Assembly: GCF_964188315.1 (NCBI RefSeq)
Contig: NC_135661.1
Span: 50,344,001 to 50,408,000 of the forward strand
Reading direction: 5' to 3'
From: Podarcis muralis
Taxonomy: Eukaryota
DNA length: 64,000 nucleotides
The position numbers and the translations under genes were made by a program. Positions 48,535 to 61,671 of the stretch are shown piece after piece (positions within the stretch are counted from its first letter, which is position 1; each line of letters begins with the position of its first letter). The notes under the pieces were generated by a model, which saw nothing but the letters and a program-made list of their open reading frames with translations, made no database searches and was not told the origin of the DNA.

Positions 48535-51500
48535 CCTTAGAGCTCTGGGGAGGGTTTCCTCATGAGCCAGAGGTGCAGCAGGACTTTGCTGAGGCTGTTG
48601 AGGTCTCTCCCCACACTTCCAGGGGTCACCTGAGAGGTGCTGGAATGCTGTTCCAGAGCAATCCGGCTGAAAAAAAATCCCTGAGTAGGAGAGTGTAATT
48701 GCACACACATTCTCCTCTCTTCCTATAGGCATCTGGTTGACCCCCTGTGGGAACAGAAGCTGGACTATATGGGTCTCTCTGGTCTGATCCAGCAGGGCTC
48801 TTATGTCCTTCCTATCTCTGAAGGATCCTGCTATACAAAGACCCTCATCCCTGCATCTCTGGTCCCCTGTGCTGGTCCTTGGTGCAGTCTGCCAACCACA
48901 TGGTCCTGGACCAATGTTGGAAAGGCCCCCAGCCTTACTCAGATGATAAGAAGAGTGCTTGTTTCCATTCCCCAGGAATAAGATGGCAGGTGGTTTAAGT
49001 TTTAAGCAAGACTTCCCCTGCTACCCCCTTTTCATTATATTTGACATGTTGTAGCCTGAGTTTTGTAACAGACTTGTAGCCTATGGCATCAGACAGGGGA
49101 GATGAAATTTAGAGCAAACATACACAAAAAGAAAATGTACAAAACATTGAATTGACAGCTTGCTGAGGTAGCTTTTTGCCAGACCAGCTCTAGCACAGTC
49201 ACTGCACGTTGATGTACAGTAGTTGACATAGCTTTGTTGCGATGTGATGGGATGAAATCACCATTCAGTGTTCCTAATACCCTATGATTTGCTGTATAAA
49301 GAGGATGAGGGGGAGTCCAGTACTAACAAGTGTTACAGCAAACCACAGTGCACAGAAAAGCACATAGGGATGACTTTCTGAGCGACGTCTTCTTAACAAA
49401 CAAAATATCTGCACCAGCACACTAAGAATGCCATAGGTCCTTTCCCCTGCCTTTCTTCCAAACCATCCCTTATGGATTCCTGGGTATTTTTGCTCTTCTA
49501 GTTGGAAAAGCAATGCCTGGTTCCATTGCAATGTACAGCAATGATGCTATAAGGTGCTCATTCCTATAAATCCTCTAAAAGTCTTGAAGGCCTTAGCTAG
49601 GGAAAGATCACCCCCAGTCTAGCTCTTCTCTTAGAATTGGATCACTAAACCAGGGTTTCATGATTTGGAATAGGTTTACAGGTTAGAGTGGGGTATGAAC
49701 CCTCTCTATAGGGTTGCCAGGTCAGGAGCATCCCAGAACCTGAGATTTCAGGGCCCAAACCTGAAGCCTCAGGGTGGCCTCTGGTGATGTCCTGGTAGGG
49801 TATAGAATGTAGTCTATTGTACAAAAAGAAGTATCATATTTGTTGCTCTGCCCACTATCATGTAGCTACCAAAAGGTTTTCCTAAAGGAAATGCATTCCT
49901 TCTGCTGAAAAAGGTTATCCACCTTAGTGTTCGATCATGGTGACTGAACACATTTAAATCAGTGTCAAGTTCAGAAAACGTACATGATCATGATCACTGA
50001 TAACCTTTAAACTTCATTTTTATTCTGAATTTTGTAATCTTATTGTACTTTATATTTATACGCCACTTAGTTATTATGGATAAATGGTGGTATGGACATA
50101 TTTTAATACATAAGCAAAGAACACAAACCACTTTCAAACAGTTTTAGATAGGTACTGTAGTTTGGTTGTGGACTTATCCATCTGAGGGGCAAATATTTCT
50201 TCCTTTCTTCTTTCCTCCTTTCTTTCTTTTCTTGCATTTTGCTCATTGTTTTATTTAAGGCTTTATATCCCACATAATTATTCATATGTCTAAGTGGTCT
50301 GCATAAAAACAATCCAGAGAAAATGAGACAATAAAACAATACAAAAATTATCATAAAACTGAACACCACCTTAAAACACCTGCTTGAACAAAAAAGTCTT
50401 AGGTCTCATTCAGACAGCACTTTGTAGCACTTTCCTGATGTTTTCCTTACCTGAATTTTTTTCCGTGTCTTATGTGATCTTTCACACAATGTAACAACCA
50501 TTTCTAGAAATCTACTGAAATCTCGTAGAAGTTTAGTGCTTATTTCTGTGTTATTTGCTTTGGGGGGGGGGGAGTTTGTGACTCTGTGACCCAGAGAATT
50601 GTGTGAGCTTTGTGCTGCAGGGTTTTCATGGCTCATGCCACAAAATTGGGAAGGGGTATATCCCAGTATACAGTTCTTTCTCATGATGCGATCATGCACA
50701 TAAAGGGTGGTGACATATCTGATGATGTCTGCTGTTGACGTATGCTGTTGTCTACTGGTGGTGTAGCGGTTAACAAGCCAGAGTTCCAAAAATGCAACAG
50801 GCAGTGTAAAGGGAATATTAGAAACTGGTACAGAAACATTGTCATTAGAACAAGGAAAACTAGTGCAATAGCCCCACATCTGAATGCACCCTTAGTTATG
50901 CACCTGAAGTTCCACCTTTCTTCCATCATGGCAACCAAGGCAGAGTGCATGTGGCCTTCAGGCATTCACCTATCTGGGCACTGACCTGATCCAGACTTGC
51001 TTAGCTTCAGCAAAGTGGTGACCTCATATGCCTTCAGGCCATATCCTGGAACAATATGTTAAGTGATGAGTGTCCTGATTATAATTGGAGACTGGGAGCT
51101 CTCCAACTCACTCGTTCTCTTCTTGTCTCTTGAATGTCTACCTCCTTCTGCTGTTACCTTATTCTTCCTTTACAGGACATCCTTTAAAATATTGCACAAA
51201 CATGGCATGGCAATAGCAAGGCTATTACTACTGCATTGATGATGACACTGAGTCTAGAGCTGGTCATCACAAACATTCAGAATAAATTGGTCAAACATCT
51301 TGTCCTAGGGACTTTGACAAGGTAAGAAGACAGAGGCAAAGTTGGATATTGAAAAACCACAGATGTGTCTTCCTCATAATGTTGCTACCTTTGTGGCACA
51401 TTCAACACTGAAATCAAGAAGGAACCAATGTGCATTTTAAACCAAGGTGGTAAGCTGTGGCACTCCAACTCCCATCAACCCCAGCTAGCATGGCAACAGT

Positions 51501-53849
51501 GCGCCAACAACCTCTGGAAGCTCACAAGTTTCCCACCCTTACCTCAAACTAATGGCTTAGTTCAGAGGGTTGAAGAAGAAAATATCCCTTCCTAGCAGAG
51601 ATGAGAACCATCTTGGACCCTGGAAAAAGGAAACTGTCTCTATGAGGTAAACTACTGCATTGCTATGCAGCAATTGCAGTTGAGCCGAAATGATCAAATC
51701 AAGTTGCTGTCTCTTGGGATAAATTTAACAGGTAAATCAATTAAATATAACTCAGGGAGACCTCAGAGCATTACAGTGAGCTGCCTCTGCAATTCACAAG
51801 TGAGGATCAGGGAAAGATTTTGCCCTAGTCTCTGTTTCCTGCTTTTCCATGGAGCTTTGAAAGCTAGGTGCACACTCAGACCTGCGTTTATGAGCCACGG
51901 CACTGTGGTTTAATAATTGACAAGTAAAGCCTTCGCTCAAAGGATGGGAAGCATCTTTGCATCTTTGCCCTGCCACGTTTAATTTTTATTTTAATTACAC
52001 TTTTAATTTGTTGTTTGAAAGGTTTTTATGCACCACCCAACAATACTGAATGAAGACTATATTATAGAAGATAGAGAAGACAAGAGAAGGAGCTCATGGG
52101 AATGATTTGCCTGTCAATGTGTAGACAGAGGACCATATAACACTCTGCGGAGCCATAGTGAATCCTAATAATAGGCATATCTCTGCTTTTCCCAGGGTGG
52201 TACTGGGGAAGAGAAATGTGATTGCACCCACTAGAACTGCATGTGTTCATCTGAAGCTGTGAACAGAGCATGTTCACCAGGATTGGCCCTGCTGTAGAGT
52301 GAAGCAGCTGCCACAGGTGGCAAATGTTGGGGTGAGTGATGATACGTTGGAGGACAGAGCTAGGTCCTGATCTCTGCTCCCTAAGTTAGCCTTTTGCCCT
52401 CAGGTGAAAATTAGGAGATGCTGCCATTAAAATACACAGCTGAAAGAATGCTAGAAGTGAGATACCGGAAATATTTTGAAGGCGTAAACAAAGAAAGATT
52501 GCATGATCAAGTATGGACACTGGCTATAAGCTCAGATAAAGCAGAAACCAAGTTTGTTTGTTTTTAAAGTAACTTTCTATTTAGCAAGATTTTATTTTCC
52601 ATGTAAATGAGGAACGCAGCATCCACATGATCCTGTCACAATCCACCAACATGCGGAACTGTCTCTCAGTATCTCAAGAATAATTTAGATGGCAAATTTG
52701 TTCTTCCAAAAGAGCCCCAAATGCCCAGGTACAAAGACAAAGGCATCCTACTTCTGAACTTTCACTGATGCTCAAACTCTGTAGAACTCATATGACTCAC
52801 TTTTAACAACATTAACTTATTTTTTCCTTTGTATATTCTGTTACATCTTATTTTGTTAATTTAAAAAAAATCAAGAAGAATGATTGGCTTATGTATGTGG
52901 AGTGGGAAGTCCTAAAACTCAGGCAGCAAAAATGTTTTGGGGCAGCCCTGCTATTCTCTCTCTTGGAAATTGGAGCTATGGCTTCCTGCATGTTCATCTT
53001 CCCTGTCACATGAACAGGGCTACTTATTATCACCAGCAGTACACAGGGCCACCACCCTTCATTGTCTCAATGGACATTTTGCCTGGGAAAAGTGCATGTT
53101 GGGATCATTAGTCTGCCGAGTACCATTCAATCCTTTCCTGCAGGATTGTGCAAGAATATGTGTCCTTTTGCTTTGCTACTCTGTTTATTTTCCTTATTAA
53201 AGATCTCATTTGATCTGCTTGTCATTTGCAAAAACTGCATGTACTGCTTTCATCCAGAGGTAACCTGTGTGGTGCCCTCTAGAAGTTGTTGTTGGGCTAC
53301 AAATCCGATCAGCCCTAGCTACCAGAACCCATGGCCAGGGATAATGGGAGATGTAGTCCAACAACATCCAGATGGCACAACATTGGCTACCCTGCTTTAT
53401 TCCAATATTTATTTTGTTGCTCATTCTTGTAGATTTTTGTCTTTGAACTTACTTTAAAATATTTGTTTCAATTTTCAATGCATACAACACATGAAAAACA
53501 ATTAGAACAACAACATGAAAAACAAAATATAAAAATTAAAACATATGAAATAAGTACATTTGTATATGGGTAGAGTTTGCAATAATTACCTCTTTTCCCT
53601 TGAATTTATTGTTTAAAAGTACAAGGAGATGGATAGAAGAAGGTCTAAATCCAGAATAGGGAACCTGGGGCCCTCTAGATAGCACCAGACTCCAGCTCCC
53701 ATCAGCCCCTGCCAACATTGTCAATGGTGAGAGATGATGGGAGTTATAGTCCACTGGTTCCCCATCCCTGATCTAAATAAACACTACAGAGGAGATGAGC
53801 ACCGTTAAAAAGTATTATTATAAAATCCAAAGGGGGCAGTCTTATATAT

Positions 53850-54170
53850 CATATAACCTTGGAGCAATGACGAGGCAGAAACTTGCATTTTAATGCAAAT
53901 CATTATGTGAACTAAAACACAAGTGTCCTTCAAAATGTGCTTTTCTCCTAATTTTGCAATGTAACTCATTGTATTTGGGGAAAGTGCTTGCAACAGGATG
54001 CGTATTAGGTAAAATTGCATATAACGATGTGTAGGAGAAATTTGCATTAAAATGCCGTTAAGAGTTTTCATGAAAGGCCTTGAAAGTGTGCAAATGTGGA
54101 AGATTCAACTTAAGGTTGGAAAGATGAGAAAAAGAAAGAAACCGTAATTGACAGAATATCCTATCCCTAA
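53850..54170. mobile_element. AT-rich non-autonomous DNA transposon fragment (TAGGGATG family)
   Basis: ggagaaatttgcattaaaatgc ... gacagaatatcctatcccta. Confidence 0.6.
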
Positions 54171-54225
54171 GGGGCAAGACCCCTGCTCAATTTCTCTGTA
54201 TGTTTCTTTACCCTTAAACAAAGTT

Positions 54226-54440
54226 TTATTATTTATTTATTTATTTATTTACATTATATCCCACCTTTCTGCCAATAAGCTCAAGATGGCACACATGGTT
54301 CTCCGGCTCTCCATGTGAGAGCCTCACTCATTGAGATAAGTTAGGCTGAGAGACAGTAGCTGGCCCCACATCATCTGTTGGGATTCATGGCTGAGTGAGG
54401 ATTTGAATCATGGTCTCCCAGGTGCGAATATATGACACTG
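54226..54440 (-). mobile_element. Old MIR/Ther1-like SINE with (TTTA)n tail (similar copies near 56.48-56.61 and 60.78-60.9 kb)
   Basis: taagttaggctgagagacagtagctggccc ... tcatggctgagtgaggatttgaatc. Confidence 0.7.
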
Positions 54441-55520
54441 GTTTGTTGGAGCGGACTATCTTTCAAATATAGGGTGCTTTCTGTGAAGTAGGAACCAGAG
54501 GCCATCATAGGTGTCATCAGGAATATAGCAATGGAGAGGAGAGGCCAAATAAGTGACGGAGAGGAAACCATTGGCACGCTGTGTATGCTACAGTTGCTGA
54601 ATTAATTTAACACCTTTTCTAATTTGAACTGGAATTCAGGAGGAGTGGAATGCAAGTAAAGCCTGAGGTAAAGTCAGGAAAGTGCTGACTTTCCTGACCC
54701 CCCCCCCCCACATACAAAAGTTGATTTAAAAAAAAAACCACAGTTCTGACAGTTGGACAACATCATCCTAAAGGAAGCAAGCTAGCTTAAAGAGTAAGAG
54801 GCGGGCTGTGTGGTCCACATAGCTCTGTTCTCCAACCCATTCCCACAATTACTTGTCCCCTCAGCAGCTGCTGCCTGAGGCAGCCACCTCACTCTAGCAA
54901 ACAGTAGAGACAGCTCTGAACACAGGGCAGAGGAAAACAGAGGAAAATTAAGGAAAGGAGCAGGGAAAATCTAATCCTTGCTCAGTATAAAGCACATTCA
55001 TCTGGAGAAATTGTAGGGTCAAAATTTCTACCCTCCTTCCTCCATTTTTAAGGCTTTTGAAGCAATACCTTTTGATTTTAATCCAATTGGTTTTTGTTTT
55101 GTTTGTTTGTTTGTTTGTATGTAAGGTTTCGGGGGGAGGGGGGGTTGAGAGAGAAGTGCAGGCAGAAAAGCTTCCAAAATGTTCTGCCTGGGAAATAGAT
55201 GAATGCATATTTGCTATGGTCTGAGAAAGAGTTAAGTGTGCCCTTTCATAATAAAAAAAGCAACACACACACACACACTGCAGAATGGATGGGATCCAAG
55301 TCCTGGCTGAGAGAAGCAAGACTCTGAAAGGCACAAATCATCCTGAAGTTCAGTGAGTTGATAAAGTTATTAAAGAGAGGGAGGCAGGGAGATTGAAGAC
55401 GAGGAAGGGGTGGCGGCAGGAGGTGACTTTGGTAGTACCTTAAGTCTGTGCAAAAGCAGAAAGAGGAAAACCAGAACAAGTCTGACAGGATAACAATCTA
55501 TAGCAGCCCCGATTCCCTTG

Positions 55521-55522
<2 letters not shown>

Positions 55523-55580
<58 letters not shown>
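55523..55580 (+). repeat. (GA)29 microsatellite
   Basis: Read directly. Confidence 0.98.
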
Positions 55581-55582
<2 letters not shown>

Positions 55583-56051
55583 AGCACAAACTCCTTTTCT
55601 TCGGCTGCTGTCTTGTGTTCTTGGCAAAAGCATATTTGGTTTTACTTGCACAAACTTGGCTCTGAGGTTTCTTTTACTGTTATTATTAGCAAGTAGGAGA
55701 AGCAAGACCTTCATCTTGTTGGCGGGGAGAAGAGAGTGAATCAGGCTGTAGCTTAAGGGTGGGGCCGAAAATGCCCCCAGATCGGCCATCGGGCCATCTG
55801 CTTAGCAACAGGATCCTGAAGGAAGAGAGGGAGAGAGAGGAAGGCCAAGTGGAGCAATTCTACAGTTGGGCCAAATTCCAGCATCTTGGTGCCAAGTGCT
55901 GAACTTTCCTGCCAAGACAACAAACAAGGGCACTTTAGAAAAAGCCTCCAGAGTAAAATATTTTTTTCTACTTCTCCCTCTGCAAACTTCTTTGCCCTGG
56001 CTGTGCAAGTGATCAGTTATGCTTTCATTACACAAGTTCAAACAGGAGGAT

Positions 56052-56055
<4 letters not shown>

Positions 56056-56091
<36 letters not shown>
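56056..56091 (+). repeat. (AT)n microsatellite
   Basis: Read directly. Confidence 0.98.
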
Positions 56092-56093
<2 letters not shown>

Positions 56094-57489
56094 TTTTCCT
56101 TATAGGTTGGAACAGTGGCTTCATATGCACAGTGCACACACAGTTCAGCTCAGTTTATCCACACTAGGACCAAAACTGCCACCCACAATTCTCAAATGAC
56201 CTGAGTAGCTGCTGTGATGATGATGATGATGGCTGTGCACCAGATTTGCCAGAGGGCTGAGTGAAATTGGGCATATTCGGAGGGCCTCTCAAGCAGCTTC
56301 TTCATCTGATCCTGCATGGTGATGGATGAGGATCTGATCCTGCACAGTGCCAGTGGCTGCTCCTTTGTGAGCAACTGTCCTTGCACGCAGAGGAACTGCT
56401 CTCAAAGGAGCTGAGGTCAGTACTGTGCAGTACAGTACAGGGAATATTATGCTATTTAGTTTATTTATTGAATTTGTATTCAAAGTTCGAAGTGGCTCAC
56501 CTTTCCTCAACCCTGTAAAGTAGGTTAGGCTGAGAGGCAGTGAATGGCCTAACATCACCCAGTGAGCTTCATGGCCAAGTGGGGATTTGAACCCTGATCT
56601 CCCAGGTCCTAATCCAACACTGGTCTTCTACTGTCAGACCCTTGGCTCACCTAGCTCAGTACTCACTGCTCTCAACAAGAGAAGCTCTCAAGACATCTCA
56701 GACAGAGGCCTTTGCCTTCACCTTTGCCTGATCATTTAACAGGAGCTGCCAGTCATGGAAGCTTAGAGCTTCTGTATGCAAGGCAGGTATACGGCCAACA
56801 AATTATGGTGCCTCTTTTTGGGGGTTGTGATTGCACAGTACTAATAGCACAGGATCCTAAATCCTTATTTGTCAACATAATAGCCTGAGCCTTTGAGGTG
56901 TCCACGAGTGGAGTGAGAAAAACCCTAGAAGATATGGGGTTTATTGACTTCTGGATTAGAAGGGCCATTGGTTCCATTAGGTGCAATGTGTAAAGTACAC
57001 CACAGTTATTTATACTTACGGTCATCAACATGTATCTCACAACATGGCGAGCCATTTCATAATTTTAACAGCCCATGTTCTATTAAATGCCATACTAATG
57101 TTTTAATAATGCTTTATTAAAGGGTACAAAAATTGGGTCAGTACTTTCTGGTGCATGGCCGCCCCATTTTTTTTATTACAGTTTGCTAAAGAATATATCA
57201 CATAAACTTCCCAGCCATATATATGAAGCCATTTCATAACATGCTTTGCACAGACTGTGATTAAAGCTGTTAGCTTGATCTGTAATTACATTTGCAAATA
57301 CATTTTTATTGAGTTATGCAATGGGGGGGGATTAAACTTGCCAAAAGCATAATGGATTATGTAGCTTGAATCCCAGAAAAGAATGGAAAGAGAGAATACA
57401 GAAATCTATATCTTATAATCTAATGCAACTTCTGCAGGGGCCCAGGTCTTTGGTGTCACATATAGGATATGAAGTGAACCATTGAGTAA

Positions 57490-57955
57490 ACATAAGTGCA
57501 TAAGAAGAGCCCTGTGGATGGATCAGTGAATCAGTCTGAAGGTCCATCTAATCCAGCAATGGGTTCTCACACTGGCCAACCAGATGCCTGAGGCAAGGTC
57601 ACAAGCAGGAACTGGAGTGCAACAACGCTCTTCCCATATGCGTTCCTCTGCAACTGTTCTTCAGAGGTAGGTAGTGGCCATTGATAGCTTTATCCTCCAT
57701 AAATTTGTCTAATTCTTCTTTAAAGCCATTTAGGTTGGTGGCAATCACCGCCTCTTGTGGAAGCGAATGTCATAATTATATGTTCTGCACGAAGAAGTAC
57801 TTTCTTTTGTCTGTGCTGAATCTTCCAACATTTCATTTCCATAGATGTCTACAAGTTCTAGCATTATGAATGGGAGAGAAACTTTTTCCGTATTGTATAA
57901 ATTCATATACTCTTATGTTATGTGCCTCTTACTCACCTTCTATCTGAACTAAAAA
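57490..57955 (-). mobile_element. CR1/L3-like LINE 3' end whose tail resembles the Squam2-like SINE tail
   Basis: cataagaagagccctg ... ggtccatctaatccagc ... aagaagtactttcttttgtctgtgctgaatct. Confidence 0.75.
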
Positions 57956-58084
57956 TAATTTAAAGCAAGACTAAAACCCTAAGAAGCAGACTCGCATGGT
58001 AAAGACCCATTTATCAAGCTAGCAAAGCCCTCCAGGACAAACATTTCATTTCAGGTAAGATATATACATATATAGTGGGGATCC

Positions 58085-58420
58085 TTAAACCCAGGAGCTG
58101 AATGTGGTCCTCCAGGACTCTCTATCTGGCCACTGGGACTCTTCTCAGGCCACTCTCCCTCCCTAGGACACACCCCTCTTCCCAGACCACGCCCTTGTTG
58201 GCTCTGCGCTTGCCTGGAGTGGTGGTAGGTGAGGAGGTGCATGTGTGAATATAGAAACCTCAGAATTTTTAGTGGTTGGAATGTATCCTAACATACAAAG
58301 GAAAGAAAGTCACATTTCTTACTCTGCACACTTTTGCCTCTGAGTCACACCCACTACTGGCATGTGGCCCCTGGAAGTTTTCCCATGAGGGAATGTGGCC
58401 CTCAGGTTGAGAAAGGTTCT
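58085..58420. mobile_element. Old hAT-like non-autonomous element (related fragment near 29.23-29.32 kb)
   Basis: aatgtggtcctccaggactctctatctggcc ... ggcatgtggcccctggaag ... atgtggccctcaggttgagaaaggtt. Confidence 0.5.
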
Positions 58421-58484
58421 TGGGATAGGGACATGTCAACAATATATATGAAAAAGAAATGAATTTGTATGTGTGTGTGTATAT

Positions 58485-58847
58485 AAAGGTAAAGCTAAAG
58501 GTACCCCTGCCCGTACGGGCCAGTCTTGCCAGACTCTAGAGTTGTGCGCCCATCTCACTCAAGAGGCTGGGGGCCAGCGCTGTCCGGAGACACTTCCGGG
58601 TCACATGGCCAGCGTGACAAGCTGCATCTGGTGAGCCAGCGCAGCACACGGAACGCCGTTTACCTTCCCGCTGGTAAGCGGTCCCTATTTATCTGCTTGC
58701 ACCCGAAGGTGCTTTCGAACTGCTAGGTTGGCAGGCGCTGGGACCGAACGACGGGAGCGCACCCCGCCGCGGGGATTCGAACCGCTGACCTTTCGATCGG
58801 CAAGTCCTAGGCGCTGAGGCTTTAACCCACAGCGCCACCCGCGTCCC
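58485..58847 (-). mobile_element. Sauria SINE, second subfamily
   Basis: aaaggtacccctgcccgtacgggccagtc ... agcgccacccgcgtccc. Confidence 0.93.
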
Positions 58848-59737
58848 TAGTGGTATATATATACACACACAAAACACCTACATAAACACAAACCTAGCAA
58901 AATAGTTCAGATGATAATTCCCAGAAAATAATGACTCCTGCTAGCTGAGAAAATGACTATCCTTATATTTACTGGCCACTTGAAGACTGCATAATTTAGT
59001 TTGGGATATACAACCAGAGGAGGTGGGAGGAATAGCCCATTTTCTCCCATTTCACTTAAATTCAAGTAAAATTGAAGTTCACCCTTGGGCCCACAGTCAA
59101 GGTGACATCTAAGAACATGGTTCCATTATTATTTTTTTGTCTGTGTGTGGAAAGTTAATACCATTGCAATAATGACAGATAATACGGTGGGTTGGACAGT
59201 TGTTTTTAGTAATGTCAAGAGCTGATCAGGAGTATTCTGCAAGGGTACTTGAGCCTGAATGGAACACTTGTGATGGGAGCTAAGAGGCCTGAGCTCAAGC
59301 CTTTAGCATATTTTAACTGTGCATGTCTGATTGCTCTCAGTGGAAGTGATCTGCTTTGTTTTGAGTGGCTTTCTAAACACCTCACTTGAGCTCTTGTGCT
59401 CATGCTAAGAAATAAAGGAGCCACCAGCCTTATTCCAACAGGACATCCTTTCCAAGTGAGATTGCTCACACCAGTCTGGTGCATCCATGCATAGAGAACT
59501 GAAAGGAAACTACAGAGCAGAACACACTGTGCATCTGGGTGCTGTTTATATGGCAACAGAGCAGTTGCTTAATTAATAGTGCAAGGGGGCTGCATTTCCA
59601 GAATCCCACACAGACATTGTTTAATGAGGTAGAGAGTGATGTAATTTTGTAATGTGCTTGCAGGAATACAAAATGACTTAAAGTTGTTGCTTGGCTAATT
59701 TTGATTCAGCCGGACACACACCCTTTTTAGTTGTGCG

Positions 59738-59743
<6 letters not shown>

Positions 59744-59786
<43 letters not shown>
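59744..59786 (+). repeat. (CT)n microsatellite
   Basis: Read directly. Confidence 0.95.
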
Positions 59787-61671
59787 CTAAAATGTTTCCC
59801 AGTGCAAGATATGAATGAGCACTGCTGGGTAGTCAACTGTAAATGCTCTTGTATAATTTGTTCAATTAACTTGATGCATTTTAACCATTTTATACAATCA
59901 CCGTGATCTTGTGACTAGGGTCACTTTCTTGTCTGAAGCATTAGACAAGATGGCAGCTCCTCCTAGGTTCCATGTTCAAAAACTGATCAAACTGGTAATA
60001 TTGAATCTTGCTTCAACACAGACAAGTGCCCTTCACCACAGCAGGCTAGCTTAGTGGAATTGTGTGGAACACATAGCTCTATTCTGCTGTTGCCTGTCCT
60101 GCAAGTATCTACTGCTTGAGGTGACTGCCTCACACTGCCTAATGGTAGGACTGACTCTGACTAGAGGACACTCAGAAGTCAATTGATAAACCAAATTAGT
60201 GGATTGTGATTTTGAGTGAAATGTCCAGAGCTCAGGGTGTGATCATACGACTGTTTAACCAGATTCTCAGCTGAGTTGAATTTGCATAAGTCACTTGAAA
60301 CCAATGGACCTAAGTGTGTTTGCAGGCCATGTTTGCAACTCAAACTGCATTTACGACAACCCACACTTATCTCTTCTGGACTCAGCACAGATACATGCAA
60401 CTGACATCAAGTGTTTGTCAGATCATGTGAACACAGGTTCAGAAATTTCAGGTGGTGGGATGTGAGGTCTATAGACTTTTATCAACATGTTGTTGCTCCT
60501 GTTGGAATACCTATCTGGTGCAAATATACAAATATTTGGATTTCTTTTTAAAAATATTACTTTGTTAGTGTCACAGACATCATTAAATCAAGTTCATATG
60601 GCTTTGTATGACAGACTAGGCAAGTCAAGTCAGGTTCACTTGGCTCATGGAAAGAGTTTGGTGTAGACATGTGTGATTTTAAATACTCAAAGGCAATCCC
60701 ATATCTCTTGCCTTTGATGTTCTTGGAAAAACCTTGTAACACAGGCATTTATCCTACGCCGCCTTCTTCAATGCTTTGCAGATAGACTGTTCAGCTTAGG
60801 TGTGGGAGGGCCAGCATCAGATCCAGGCTTAGCCATGAAACTAACTGGGTGGCCTTGAGCAAGATTTTCTTTCTGAGCCTAACTTGTCTTCCAGGATTTT
60901 TGTGAAGATCCAGGACAATTCCGATATTACATTTTTTTAAAAAAAACCTAATACATCTTAAATGTTATAAAGTCCAATCGCACAGTAAGCAATCAGTGAA
61001 TGGTAGTTTCTAAAAGAGCAACTAGCAGCCATCCAAACTGAAACCAAAGGGGTGGGTTCCCACCCACCCTCCCACCCTCTGCCCCACCCTGCGGTCCCAA
61101 TCCTGATCCCTTCCATGCCTGCTCTCTGCTTTGAGAGGGACATTCCCATTAGTGCAAAAGGGGGCTTTTCTACCAATGGGTTATATCTATTACCCATTGA
61201 AATGAACATCTATTAATGTTAATGGGTCTGATTAACTGAGTAGGATACATACCAATCCTAATAGCAGATGTGGTGGAGGGATTCCTGATCTGAATCACAG
61301 GAAGGCAGTGAAGGTTTAAATTTCCTCTGTCCCGTCCAGGATTCTAAACCAGATTGTCCCCCCTCCCCATGCTTGCTATTCTGTCTGTCTGTCTCTCCAT
61401 GCACACATGATAAATATATATTTGCAAGCTTATCAGTGCATGAATCCCATGAGAGTACATGAATCCTGGACACCCTGATTATCTTCCAACTCCTTTTTGG
61501 CTGCTGTCCAGAGTTTTGGGAGGATGTGGCTTCAGTGTGGGTTGGGCATGTGCTGGGAAGTTCTTGTGCCATTAGCCTTTCACTTCTTCCAGCCTTGTAA
61601 ACTGGGCTGGTCAGGTTGCAAAACTGCCAGTGAGTTTCCTGTGGTCCAACTCCCTGCCTGCCTTGTGCCAG

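Noticed and set aside
55439-55445. Possible 7-nt minus-strand microexon (ttttgcacag|ACTTAAG|gtacta) with upstream UGC motifs
   Set aside because: The length is not a multiple of 3, the donor is weak, and no host coding exons are present in the window to test it. The acceptor is noted in the 55260-56100 finding.
56192-56420. Codon-like GC-balanced stretch with a 13-bp direct repeat (atctgatcctgca twice)
   Set aside because: All + frames have stops, the minus-strand peptide is unrecognised, and there are no strong splice sites.
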